A DNA stretch of 64,000 nucleotides from Schmidtea polychroa (Eukaryota), in contig CM097885.1 in assembly GCA_044892525.1 (NCBI GenBank), forward strand, positions 236,904,001 through 236,968,000. Reading direction: 5' to 3'. Below the pieces are notes generated by a model. The model worked only from the letters and a program-made list of their open reading frames with translations, had not been told where the DNA came from and made no database searches. This document shows, piece by piece, positions 1 to 13,454 of the stretch (its first letter is position 1; each line of letters opens with the position of its first letter). Position numbers and translations under genes: made by a program.

Positions 1-1035
1 ATTCCATAATTCAACTGCTACTCAGACACTCAGAATCAGTCGGAAAGGCAAAATATCACAAATGGAGCTATATTATTTCAATTTACTACAAAAATATATC
101 CAGCTATTAATATACTGATTCTATTCCTGTGTAACATAAAAATAGAAACCAAAAAAATAAAGTTAATGATTACCCAAAAAAACACTGAATGAATCCCAAC
201 AAACCAACGGAAAACGAATTTCAAATTAGTTGACTATTCTAAATCTCTGTTCGATTAATGATTGAAAAAACGACTGTTGTAAATTTCACAAAGTTCTTTC
301 ACTTCATTTTTCGGTCTCATTTATCTGCGTGACAAACTTGAAAAAGTTGCTGCAGTCAAAATGAGAATTGTCCTCATGGACCATTGGCTGCATAGGTAAT
401 TATCCAACTGGGACTTGTTAATTGGAAATTGTAAGATACACAGTTGTCACAGGCCCATATTTAATTACAATCACTTGTCACAGAGAAATTATCAAATTAT
501 CCCATAGACTTTCATTGTTTCCAATATATATATATATATATATAAATGAAAGATTAAAAAGTTTTAAACTTATTTTTGATAATAAATTATCTGTATAACC
601 GAAACTACAAATTTATCAACTGAATTTACTAGATATTATCATATAATCTAAATGAGAATGTTATAATACTAAAATCAAAACTATATTAAACTAAATTTAT
701 TAAATCTTTTATCCTTCTCACCACTGATTTATTAGTACTAATTTCAATTTATTATATTTTCGTTTCAGACAAATGATCAATACTTTTATTTATTTTATTA
801 TTTCAAACAATTGATGAGGCTGTGATAAAAATTTACTTTAAATAAAAATATTGATCTATAATTTAAAATGAAGATAAAAGAAATTGATAATAATATGTTT
901 ATTAGATCATAAATTTTAGTAAATGCTTAGGATTAATTATCTGTGAAGATTTATTACTTATCATCTACTTTTCCATAATAAATATGTAAAAAAAAATAAT
1001 ATAAGTTTCAGAAATATTTATTTATTTTTCCTTTT

Positions 1036-1177
1036 TTAGGACATACATTAGGACATACATTAGGACATACAATAGGACATACATTAGGACATACATTAGG
1101 ACATACATTAGGACATACATTAGGACATACATTAGGACATACATTAGGACATACATTAGGACATACAATAGGACATA
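1036..1177. repeat. 12-bp minisatellite (TTAGGACATACA)n, ~12 copies
   Basis: Directly visible tandem array, with occasional CAATAGG variants. Confidence 0.95.
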
Positions 1178-2397
1178 TGCATTACAAACATAAATTTACA
1201 AACTGGAAAACTAGATTATTTAGATAATTTATAAAAATTAATAAATTTAAGCATAATCATTATGCAGTTGTATCTTAATTGCACCTGATTAAAATTTTGT
1301 TTATATATTACAGTTTGTATTAAAAAATATGTAATCTGCATAACAGATAAGCAAAAAAAATTTTTTACCAAATTGTTGAATACGTCATGGGAAACAGGTA
1401 AAATTTGACAACATTTCATAATAATTTAAATTTATTTTTCTTGCTAAATCTATAAATAAAACAAACGTGATAAATTTATATTTATACATTAATTTCGTTT
1501 AAACTGATTGAAAAGTCAAGTTATTTTTTGAAATTTATTGCTATTTATATTTTTGAAAAAAACTGTTGAGCTGACATAAAATTTGAAAAAAAATTATTTC
1601 CGGGATTCAAATTTTTAATTAACAGAAAAAGATTTTAGAAATATTTATTTATTCAATACCTAATTACTGACAGTTCTATACGATTACATTCGAATATATT
1701 TCGTAACATTCGAGATTATTTACAGAGAATTGCCTAAAATCTTACATTCTATTTATAAAAATTAATTAATTTATTTTCATTTTTAACATAATAAATAAAC
1801 GAGAACATGTCAAAAATGAAAAAGAAAAATGATGCTACACAAGTGTTTGTTTTAATTCTAACAAACAAATTTTCAAAGCTTATAAAACATCGAATAATAA
1901 CAGAGACAAATAAAGAACAGCAATATTTCATTTTATATATTTGATATATATTTAACATAAATCAAAATATTATTATATTTTCAATAAATGTCAAAAGTGC
2001 AAAAAAAGTCATAAATTTTAACACAACTTTAACACGACCCTTTGTGATAATCTTGTCACAATATCTAATGATAATTTAACATTATTTCAGATCTTTAACA
2101 TGAATTTAAGAGTCTGTCTGTTTAAATTATTTAGAAAACGTAGCTATATCCTTTGAACATTAAGATTTATTTCAAACTAGCTGAAAAATCTGCATAGTAT
2201 GGAAGTCAAAAATAAAATTATCCAGATTTATCTTTTATTTTTCAGCAATTAAACCAGCATTAAGATCATCTGATAATTCAACTCTCATATTTCTTGTAAG
2301 TGTTAGTTTTTTGAATAATTACAATGTATAAAATTAAAGCAATGATGCCCGGGTTTAAATAATAATTCTCAGGATATGTTTGGCCTATGATCAAAAT

Positions 2398-2713
2398 CAG
2401 TGTTTCCCATCCAATTTTGATCATGCCAAGTCTTTGAAAATTCTAATGCCCCATGTAACATATCCAAAAACTAAATTATTTACCAAATGAAGTTTATATA
2501 ACAACTTGTAGCAGACACGGGACTTGAGTTTTATGAAGAAATCATTAGGATGTTGTGAAAAAAGTAAATTTTCAAAACATAATATAAAAATGTAATTGAA
2601 GTACAAAATAATTTTATTGAAAGATTTTATTCTACACTGCTCATTTTAAATTGGTCCCTCAACTAACAGATTGCCCTCCCAGCGGGGCGTGTGACCCACA
2701 CTGCGAAACACTG
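2398..2713. mobile_element. Non-autonomous hAT (Charlie-like) MITE
   Basis: TIRs CAGTGTTTCCCA / TGCGAAACACTG (1 mismatch); flanking 8-mers ATCAAAAT / ATCTAGAT (6/8 match) fit a decayed 8-bp TSD. Confidence 0.65.
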
Positions 2714-3454
2714 ATCTAGATGATTAGTGACATTCGTGATGTAAATACCAGAAACCATCGAGTAAAAGCCTCGAAATTTGTAAAACTATTCCTAAAAAAT
2801 TTTTAGGAAAATTTGAATATATCAGCTTTATTATATTTTAAGATATTTACATTTTATTTTTGTACAAATTTATTTATTTTTGTACAAAACCAACCTTCAT
2901 AACCTTATTGCTATTGGTTGAATTTTAACCAATCAGAATTATATCTAATAATAACATTTTAAAATTTATTTTCATTGCTGGTTATAATTTATTGAAATAA
3001 ATAAACATTTTATGACAAGTAAATTGATATAAATATATTTGAATTTGAATTTAAAGTGTAAAAATATTTAATTTATAATTATATTTGTTTCTCATCTGAA
3101 AATAATTTTACTTCATTAATAACAGCATTAAAATTGTTAACTTGAGGTGAATTTCAATTGGATATTTGTCAGTGGCGGCTCGTACTCAAAACTTTTGTGA
3201 AAGTAATAAAATAAATTCAAAAGAAAATTTATTTATTTACTCAATTCTTGTTTTTCTACAAAATTCTTTAATTACTAAATCATAAAAATTGTCTTTAGTA
3301 GTCAAAAGTCCTTTTAATAAAATTTTTTAATTTAAAATATAGAATTTCTCAAAATTGATGTGCAAATAATGCTTGCTGATATTTGTAAAAAAAAAATTTA
3401 TTCAAAAGTATAGATATAAACCCTTTAGAAATACAGGACCTATTATTACTAGGA

Positions 3455-3923
3455 CAGGGGTCGGGAACCTTTTCATTGCAAAGAGCCCAAGATTAAATTT
3501 TGATACAGTTTAAAAAATTATTGAGCCATATGAAAAATACCATTCAATATGCATACAGTGTAACTTTTCTCTTTTTTGCCATTGCTTTTAGTTGATGTTT
3601 AAATAAAAGTTTTGATAACTTTTTGTAAACAAATTGTCACTGAATTATTTTAATCACGATTAATTTGAAGTTGCTGGTGATGAATTAATTAATTTCTTTG
3701 AAATTATTATTTTACAATATCATTATGTATCAAGTTAATTAAAATAAAAGAAATCAATATAATTTAATTAAATATTAATTAGAAAAGTAATCAATTTTCA
3801 AGAATATATTTATTGATTATTTAAACTAAAACTGAGCGGGAACATTTTCAAACGAACCCATTTCGGCAAAATACCCAAGACCCACATGATATAACTCAAA
3901 GAACTGCAGGTTCCCGACCCCTG
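3455..3923. mobile_element. Non-autonomous hAT (Charlie/SPIN-like) MITE
   Basis: Perfect 16-bp TIR CAGGGGTCGGGAACCT / AGGTTCCCGACCCCTG; flanks TACTAGGA / ACATAGGC both fit NNNTANNN but match each other only partly. Confidence 0.8.
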
Positions 3924-4630
3924 ACATAGGCTATTAGCACCCAATCATGATTCAACAATCCTCCTCTTATCAGCGGTTAAAAACATATTCCTTCTTTCAT
4001 GTGCATTACCAGTTAAGACGAAAGATTAGTACATCGCCCTCATTTACTGGAGCGTCTCTTGTGTCCATAATAATTTATAAGATAAACATCCATAATTTTG
4101 TCATATATGTTATAACCCAAAAAATTTAGAGTTTTGATGCAATAAAAGTTTCGACTTTCGAATTTAATTAATTAATTAATTTTAATAAATATTGATGGTT
4201 TACAAAATATATTGATTAACCCTCAGATACATAATTTTTTTATGAACCCAACGAATATTTTTTAAAATGTCAATATCACGCGTACAAAGACATTTATTAG
4301 AATAATATGAAAACATAATGGCTCGGCGTTGAATTTCCTTTATTGCACGTATACTGAGTTATAAGCTCTTAAATAAGTTGTTTCAGATATGTAACAAAGT
4401 GCATTTAAGGATAAATCAAGTCAAATTTATCTTTATATATTTATTGTTGAATTTATTTCTTTACTTGACGAAAGTACTTGAGAATATAAACAATCAATTG
4501 AAAATAAAGAATTATATTTGGTGAGGATTTTAAGACGATGTCAATTGAAAGGAAATCAGTGGTTAAAATTGAAAAAAGTTCTTATTATATATATATGTGT
4601 GTGTATGTGTGTATGTGTGTGTGAATATAG

Positions 4631-4834
<204 letters not shown>

Positions 4835-4836
4835 AA

Positions 4837-4920
4837 ACAATAAAGTTATAATTAAGGTCTTTTGCTGCGAATGATGTATTTAATGAAAATATTTTCGACT
4901 ATAAGATAGTCCTTGTCCAA
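4837..4920 (-). repeat. ~85-bp microsatellite-associated repeat, Penelope pLTR-like, with degenerate hammerhead-like core
   Basis: Homologous to 5703-5787 (+) and 29993-30076 (-); minus strand reads GGACAAG-GACTAT-CTT-ATAGTC-GAAA-ATATTTTC-ATTAAA. Confidence 0.55.
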
Positions 4921-5658
4921 AATTTTGTTTTTCTCACTGACTTTCAATAAATGATTAATTATCCTAATTGAAATTTGTAGAAAGAGTTATATGGAGAATA
5001 AAAGACGATGGGAAATGTGACATTGTTAGTTTTAATAAAAAGTACACTGAAAGACACCAAAAAAATAAAAATGTAGTAAAACTTAAAACTAATAACTAAT
5101 TAATTAATTTAAGAAATTTCGAGTTTGGTAAACCAAGGGAAATCAAACAAATGAGAAATTGCGAAATCCCTATTGCAACAGCATGAGTGATGATGTCGAG
5201 TGGATAAAACTTTATTGTGAAGAAGGAAATGCAAGGAAACCATAAACAGAATTTATCTTAGGACTGTCAAAACTAAATGGTTTTGTCCAAAAACTATTTA
5301 TTATACGATATAGAAAGAAGAAATTGTGAATAAATTAAAACGAATCATTTAATTAATTGTAAAAAAATCAGTCAAAACCAAATGGAGAATATGATCACAT
5401 TGGATTAAAAGAAAACTGAAATATTCAATAGGTGAATCTTATTATTATTAATGATGTGTTGAGTCACAAAATTAGTCAGCAATGTGGTCAAGCTATTTTG
5501 AATAATGTGAAAGGCATTATTTTATCAGCAGAAATTAAATGTTATATCATTCTTTTCAATATATATTGGATGTTTTTGTTATTCACTTCGTTGATAAAAA
5601 ACCACATAAAATCAGTTAGTAACCACCGAACGATTATTTATCATTTATAAAAATTCAA

Positions 5659-5702
<44 letters not shown>

Positions 5703-5704
<2 letters not shown>

Positions 5705-5787
5705 GACAAGAACTATCTTATAATCGAAAGTTTTTTCATTAAATACATTATTTACAGCAAAAGGCTTAAATTATCATTTTATTGTAT
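5703..5787 (+). ncRNA. Putative minimal hammerhead-ribozyme-like motif within a pLTR-like repeat
   Basis: TTGACAA-GAACTATCTTATAATC-GAAA-GTTTTTTC followed by ATTAAA; lies between (ATT)n tracts. Confidence 0.4.
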
Positions 5788-5799
5788 TATCATTTTATT

Positions 5800-5885
<86 letters not shown>

Positions 5886-5947
5886 TATGTCAAAATAATT
5901 AATTAAACTTAAATTTTTTTGAATTTATTAATTAATAATAAACATAC

Positions 5948-6763
5948 CATTTCATTTTTTATTTCTTTAATGGAAATCTTTTGTTTGATCCATCTTTTGT
6001 CATCAAAATTCTCATTTTGTGAATGTTGTGGTTTATTTACTTGATTAGATTTTTGGAAAGAATATTGTTCATGATTCTGAGTAGGTTCATAGAGACTTTT
6101 ACATCGTTCACTCTCTTTCATTCGCGGTCTGGAAACTCGACTATTAATATTAGAGGTATCCTTTAAAGATTTCATAGATTTGTTTTCACTTATTAAAGCG
6201 AGAGTCGGCTTTGATGATCTTGAAGTCGAACGATTTCGAAAGAAGAATTTAATTTTGTCAGATAACGAAATACGAGGAGATTTCCCATTACTAGATTGAT
6301 CTGTTCTGACTTCTTGTGCTTCAACTTTTTCAGTGTTTCTAGATTTAAACGGTACTGAAGCTGACCGACAGATTTTCATAACATCTTTGACGGGTGACCA
6401 TTCTGAAGAAACTGGTGGCAAATATGATTTGCAATCTTTGTTTGAACTATTTAAACTTTTTAAAGTACAGTCATCATATTTATTACAGCTTTTAGATTCA
6501 TAATCTCTAAATGATTGACAATAATTATTTCTTTGCAGAATTTCGTTTTCATTATTGTTGTTACTTTCAACACTTTGAAATGAATTTATCTCCAAAGGAC
6601 ACTGGAACTTGACAAATACATCTGTGCTAGTAAGAGAAGACCGTTTAGAAATTCTTTGATTTCCAGGCGAAATGTAAACTAAAGATGGTGGCATTTCATT
6701 TGGGAGTTTGAAATCTTTTTTACTGAGATCTTCCGAAAGTGGCCTTCTTTTCCACAGTTTCAT
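5948..6763 (-). CDS. Probable first coding exon of a host gene; Ser/Lys/Arg-rich, likely disordered N-terminus, function unknown
   Basis: 284-codon non-repetitive ORF in very AT-rich DNA; ATG at 6763; splice donor ATG|GTATGT at 5948/5947 (phase 0) shortly before the ORF stop. Confidence 0.7.
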
Positions 6764-7559
6764 TAAAAATTCACAATTTTACTCGCTTAACAAAAATTCA
6801 TAAATGCATTGTGTAAATTAATTTAATTAATTTATAAATAAAATAACTAAAAATAAAAAATTAATAACTAAAACATATTTATGAATATTGAAATATTGTA
6901 AATTTAATTCTTTTAAAGACCTTCAAAAATAGAATTGATGTATTAAAACACTGAACATTCATATAAAAGTAATTATATATTGAATTTTTAAATATTTCAT
7001 GTTGTAAATATTGTAAATTCTTTTAAAAGCAATAAAAAATTAAATTATTATTAAAAACTATAAATAATAAAAATGCGCATTGAAAATGAGTTATTTAAAA
7101 TTATTTTTTTAATTGCTGGAAAATTAGAAAAAGAAATAAAATTGTGTAAAAAAGTGTAACGTTGATATTAATTGAATATTTTATTTTAAATTTTTAATTT
7201 AAAATTTTGTTCTTTTAAATTGTATTTTAATTGTTTTTGTAAATTATTAGAAAATTATTTAAATTGTATTCAAATTAAAATATTATTCGTGGTTAATAAA
7301 CATGAATTTTTTAATATTAGAAATGACTTACATTGATTACCAAAAAAATACATTAAAATTGTGAATACATTAAAAAGTGTAATCAGTATAAAAGATTTTC
7401 TTTAAAAATTTTTTTTTAATTGTGAAGGTTCTAGTGCCAATAAGATAACATAATGACTGAGTGTAGAAACGCAATTCTAATATTCAAAATATATAATTCG
7501 ATTTTGATCATTTCATTAGGTGAGCTTCGAACACTGATAATACCGAAATATATAAAAAA

Positions 7560-7800
7560 TAGAAAGCTTCGTTGATGAAATAATACGTCCGGTATATGGA
7601 TGAAGTGGTGCCATGTTCAACAAGCCACTGTATTGATTATTGTAATATCGACTTTTAGAAATGACATATCTTCAGATTATGATTTTAGGTCACATAGAAT
7701 TGGAAAATATTGATAAGAAATCTATACCAGACTTTCCACAAATTATTGCAATTCCAGAGTTTTGGGCACATTTTTTAGGTGGAGGTTCGAAAAAGGAATA
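7560..7800 (+). pseudogene. Possible highly decayed Tc1/mariner-type transposase fragment
   Basis: Partial translation ...SIPDFPQIIAIPEFWAHF... resembles the N-P-x-x-P-Q-x-x-P-I-E-x-F-W motif near the last catalytic residue; many stops. Confidence 0.25.
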
Positions 7801-8562
7801 TATGTGTATATATGAATATTAAAATAATGTATTTTAATTGACTTAATCTAATGTATTTGCAATTTAATTATGAAATTAATGTATTTATTAATTGGAAGGT
7901 CAGATGCACTTTAGTGAGAAACTTAGAAAATTATAATAAATTTAAAATTTAATAAATCAGAATTTCATTTATCCGCGTTTTTATTTATAATATATAATAT
8001 ATTTAATAAAATTTTCAGCATTACGTTTTCCAACACTTCAAACTTGAAAAGCCAGTGCCATAAATTTGTATTAAATCTAAAACATAATAAAGATAAATGC
8101 AAATAAAAACGCATTAAATGTGAAAGAGATAAATTAGTTTACTAAATTACTGAGAACAAATGTAAATAACTAAGTAAAACTGTGTTAACAATCATTTATT
8201 AAACAAAACAGATTTTCTTTAGAACTTCCTATTTCAAAATCCATTGAGCCAAATTTTTTCAAAATATCTAAAGACCTAAATTTAAAGATTGTTTAATTAT
8301 AAAAATGTTAAACTAAATTTATAACAATTCCAATTATATTTATTATACATTTAATGATAATATTGGTGTAAATGGTAAATCATGCTTCGAAATTGCCAAA
8401 TATTTTTCAGCTGTTTTTTGCAATTATTTTTGATTCGTGAATTGTCTTGAACGAAAATTTAAATAATAACTGCACGAAATTTAATTTTTATTATTTTGTT
8501 TAATAAATTAATTAATAACACTTGAAAAAGGTAATGCTGAAAATTTGTGAAACATGAAGAAT

Positions 8563-8886
<324 letters not shown>

Positions 8887-9299
8887 AGAAAAAATATCGT
8901 AATAATAAAAACTAACCGTAAAAACAGTTTTTAAAATTTTCAATATCTCGCTCTTTTATATTCTCCCGAAATTAAAATTTCAATATGCGTGCTCAATGCT
9001 ATGAAATATTTAATATTATGCAAAATCACCTAGTTAAGAAATTACTTTGAAGGAAACATTTTATTAATATATTGAAAGAAATTTTGAAATATTAATAAAA
9101 TTGAAAAGATCAAGAAAAGAAATTGTGGAGCCAAATATGATTTCTTTAAGCTGTGTTAAGAGCGTTATCAGAAAGATATAATTTGGTCTCTATTGTGAAG
9201 AAATAATTAGAGGAAAAGCTAGAAAATCGGCGCGAAATCAAAACATAAAATCCCAGATATCTGCGATTATTAATCGTGTTAAATTGTTCATTCAATAGG

Positions 9300-9842
9300 G
9301 AATATCCAAGGTTCTAGTGGGTAATTGCAGTGGCAAGAAGCCAGTCATTCATTTCTAAATCTTTAAATGATCTTGATATTAAAATGGAAAGTTCATGTTT
9401 ATTTTGTTCCATATTTATGGATCAAAATTTGAAAAACTTAAACTTTTATGACGAAAAGCTGAAATTGGGTTTACAAAAAAAACTAAAATGAAATGTCAAA
9501 ATGATAGGGGATGTCCATTAATCATAAAACATTGTTAAATGTGAACAAATTAGTTCAAAAAATCGTTACTTTCTGTAATACTTGACAAGTTATAGAATAT
9601 TTTAAGCTTTTTGTGAAAACTATCCAGTAATGTAGGACAACGATTTTTGTAATTTTTGACCTTTTATGAAAAAAAAATGAAATAAAACAAGAAGATACGG
9701 TTACATTTACAGTAAATGATGTTTTTTAGAAATTCGTATGATTAATTCACCTCATAAGAAAAAATATTGAGGTAGAGCTGTATATTTGCGATTATCCACG
9801 AACACGAAACGAAAACTATCCAGTATTATGGGACAGAGGGAG
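9300..9842 (+). mobile_element. Remnant 3' end of a Tc1/mariner-type element
   Basis: Ends GGGACAGAGGGAG|TA, the reverse complement of the TA|CTCCCTCTGTCCC mariner/Stowaway-type TIR; no matching 5' TIR seen; start coordinate approximate. Confidence 0.35.
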
Positions 9843-10247
9843 TAATAAATTTTTATTAATAAATATTATTATTAATCCTATCCCTAATAATAAGATCGTA
9901 TAAAGTTAAGTATAAACTAGTTGAATTTATAACGAATATATACAGTTTATTTTAGTGTTAATTAAAATCATGCTTTGTATGGTAGTGATTAAATTTTAAA
10001 ATATTATTAAATTTATTTGTTTTCAAATTTATTTAATTTTTATTTTAAAAATAATGAAATATGTTGATATAATGATAATAATTTATGAAAACCCTATATG
10101 AATTCTATACAAAGATTAATAAAATTATATTAACTGGTGAGTACAAATTACAACATCCTTTTAGTTGGTTATATTAAAATAAGATATAAAATGATAACAA
10201 AAGACAATTTGAAGAAAAATTTTGAAAAAATATTGAAATATAATGTA

Positions 10248-10463
10248 CCGTATTTTAGCGCATATAACGCGCACGTTATACGCATTTTTACAAACCGTGC
10301 ACCCCCCATGCGCGGTATCTGTGGGTGCGCGCTTTATGATTTATATTTTACACGTGGCGGCATTGCCAGTGGAAATATTTTTATGATGTGACAGTAACCC
10401 TACCATCGGTTTTATTGTTTATTGTAATCAGATACCGTGCGCGTTATATGCGCTAAAATACGG
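10248..10463. mobile_element. Tc1/mariner-superfamily (Tc2/pogo-like) MITE, 216 bp
   Basis: Perfect 28-bp TIR CCGTATTTTAGCGCATATAACGCGCACG; TA target duplication on both sides. Confidence 0.9.
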
Positions 10464-11564
10464 TAATGGTTTCTAATTACGTAATCACTGTATAAAAATA
10501 TAAAAAATTTAAATGTGAAAATTCCATGTTTAATAAAGTGTTAATTATAAGATTAATAGATTATTTTTATACTATTTTTCTTTCATATTAACTTTTTCAT
10601 ATCGTGTAAATTGATGCTACTAAAAACCATTAAAATATTACCTTATCATATTCGTCGTTTTAGTTCTGTCGGTAACTGCTTTAATAACTTTATTTTTTGC
10701 AAATGAGTCGGAAACCTAGGTCATAATGGAAAATATAATTTATATAAATTATATATTCATTTATATTTATATATTCATTTATATATTCATTTATATATAT
10801 ATAACTCTAACCTCAGTCGCTCTGTGGAGAATATTATCAGGAATATTAACAAATCTTGCTGCTTGGATAGCATGGCTGCATTCAATATGGCCATCAACCA
10901 ACTGATACAAATATATTAACTGACTATTTTTATCTTCAATTATATTGAAATTCTATCAAAAACATTATATTTATAATAAATAATAATTATTTCACTTTGA
11001 ATTGCACTTTTGGCAAATCTTGGATAAGAGAAAATAATCTATGAAAATGAGTAACTACAAATATATGGGGACAGTCAGACTTTTTAGCCACCATAAATCG
11101 AAGAAAAGCAACAATCAGAGAAATTCCTGATTTCTACGAAACAAAAAGAAATCAAACAAAATACTATGGAATACTTTGAAAAATATTTGATAAATCAGTG
11201 AAAACTGAAATATTGTCATAAAATTATAAAAATTTTCAACTTTTACATAATTAATTTTATATTGAAATTGCAAAAAAATAATCAAAATTATAAACGAAAA
11301 ATTCTTTAAATTTCGGATGGAAAGATTTTGATAAAACGAGTAATTGACGATCAATATTGACACAATAGGGATTCTTAAAAGATAAAAACATAAAAATTAA
11401 ATTAATTAAAAAATTAATTAGGGTCATAAGTAGGTAGATAGTGGCCTACGGGAACAATTACCCCCCCCCCCGGGGGGGGGGGGGGTTTGTTCCCAAATTT
11501 TTATTACGCAATTGTTCCCAACTCATTTTTTGCTTTCAGGGATTTTTGGTCCAAATTTTTTTTT

Positions 11565-12125
11565 ATCACACTATAGTGAGGGGGTCTTGATGGTCCTGGG
11601 ATTTTCAATACAAATTAAATTTTTCTATACAAAAATCCGACTATCAATAAAAAAGTCAAGGATTATTCACACTATAGTGAGGGGGTCTCGATGGTCCTGG
11701 GATTTTCAATACAAAAAATTTTTTCTATACAAAAATCCGACTACCACTAAAAAAGCCAAGGAATTTTCAGACTATAGTGAGGGGGTCTCGATGGTCCTGG
11801 GATTTTCAATACAAAAAATTTTTTTCAATACAAAAATCCGACTACCACTAAAAAAGCCAAGGATTATTCACACTATAGTGAGGGGGTCTCGATGGTCCTG
11901 GGATTTTCAATACAAAAATTTTTTTTCAATACAAAAATCCGACTACCACTAAAAAAGCCAAGGATTATTCACACTATAGTGAGGTGAGTCTCCTTGGTCC
12001 TGGGATTTTCAATACGAAAAATTTTTTTCTATACAAAAATCCTACTATCAATAAAAAAGCCAAGGATTTATCACGCTATAGTGAGGTGAGTCTCCTTGGT
12101 CCTGAGAAATAGGTGGTCTACACTA
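11565..12125. repeat. Subterminal ~100-bp tandem repeats carrying the CACTATAGTG palindrome (variants in all four arms)
   Basis: CTATAGTGAG recurs at ~11571, 11672, 11773, 11874 and 11974. Confidence 0.9.
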
Positions 12126-12134
12126 AAAAACGTG

Positions 12135-13200
12135 GTAAATTTTTCAATTACAGTAAATTACGGTCCAAATTTTTCAATTAAAGTAAATAATGGTTCTAAA
12201 AATTAAATTAAAGTTAATTATGGCTCAAATTTTTCAAATAAGGTAATTATGGTTCTAAAAATTAAATTAAAGTTAATTATGGCTCAAATTTTTTAATTAA
12301 AGTAAATAATGGTTCTAAAAATTAAATTAAAGTAAATTATGGTTCTAAAATATTAAATTACAGTAAATTATGGTCCAAATTTTTCAATTAAAGTAAATAA
12401 TGGTTCTAAAAATTAAATTAAAGTAAATTATGGTTCTAAAATATTAAATTACAGTAAATTATGGTCCAGATTTTTCAATTAAAGTAAATAATGGTTCTAA
12501 AAATTAAATTAAAGTAAATAATGGCTCAAATTTTTAAATTAAAGTAAATAATGGTCCTAAAAAATTAAATTAAAGTTAATTATGGTCCTAAAAAATTAAA
12601 TTAAGGTTCATATTTTCGAATTAAAGTAATTAATATGCTCAGATTTTTCAATTAAAGTAAATAATGGCTCAAATTTTTCAAATTAAAGTAAATAATGGTC
12701 CAAATTTTTGAATTAAAGTAAATTTAGGTTCTAAAATATTAAATTTAAGTAAATAATGGTTCAAATTTTTCAATTACAGTAAATTATGGTCCTAAAAATT
12801 AAATTAAAGTAAATAATGGTTCTAAAGATTAAATTAAAGTAAATTATGGTTCTAAAATATTAAATTAAAGTAAATAATGGTCCAGATTTTTCAATTAAAG
12901 TAAATAATGGTCCAAATTTTTCAATTACAGTAAATAATGGTTCTAAAAAAATTAAATTACAGTAAATAATGGTCCTAAAAAATTAAATTAAAGTAAATAA
13001 TGGTCCAAATTTTTAAATTAAAGTAAATTATGGTCCAAATTTTTGAATTAAAGTAAATTATGGTTCTAAATTTTAAATTAAAGTAAATTAAGGTTCTTAA
13101 AAATTAAAATAAAGTAAATTAAGGTCCAAATTTTAAATTAAGTAATCAATGGTAAAAAAATTTTAAATAAGTAAATTAAAGTAATAATTTTTAAATTAAG
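12135..13200. repeat. ~29-30-bp AT-rich minisatellite (AATTAAAGTAAATAATGGTCCAAATTTTTC-like), in all four arms
   Basis: Directly visible degenerate tandem array. Confidence 0.9.
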
Positions 13201-13454
13201 TAAATTAAAGTAATGTAATAAGTAAATTAAAGTAAGATTTTAAAATTTATTAACAAAAAGTAGAAATAATAAAAGGTGTTTGAGAATTGAAATTTTTTAA
13301 TGAAAATTTTCAATGGTAATTTTTAATGAAAATTTTATGAAATATTTTTCAATGGTAATTTTTAATGGAAATTTTTATGAAATATTTTTCAATGATAATT
13401 TTTAATGGAAATTTTTAAGAAATATTTTTCAAAGACAAATTTTAATAATAATTC

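Noticed and set aside
1036..1177. TTAGG-containing array as telomeric repeat
   Set aside because: The unit is 12 bp (TTAGGACATACA), not TTAGG or TTAGGG
11512..11952. ORFs in the subterminal repeats of the giant element (also 27737, 28262, 37583, 38114, 54028)
   Set aside because: Short, mostly non-ATG starts, arise from tandem repeats, and the longest is not conserved between arms
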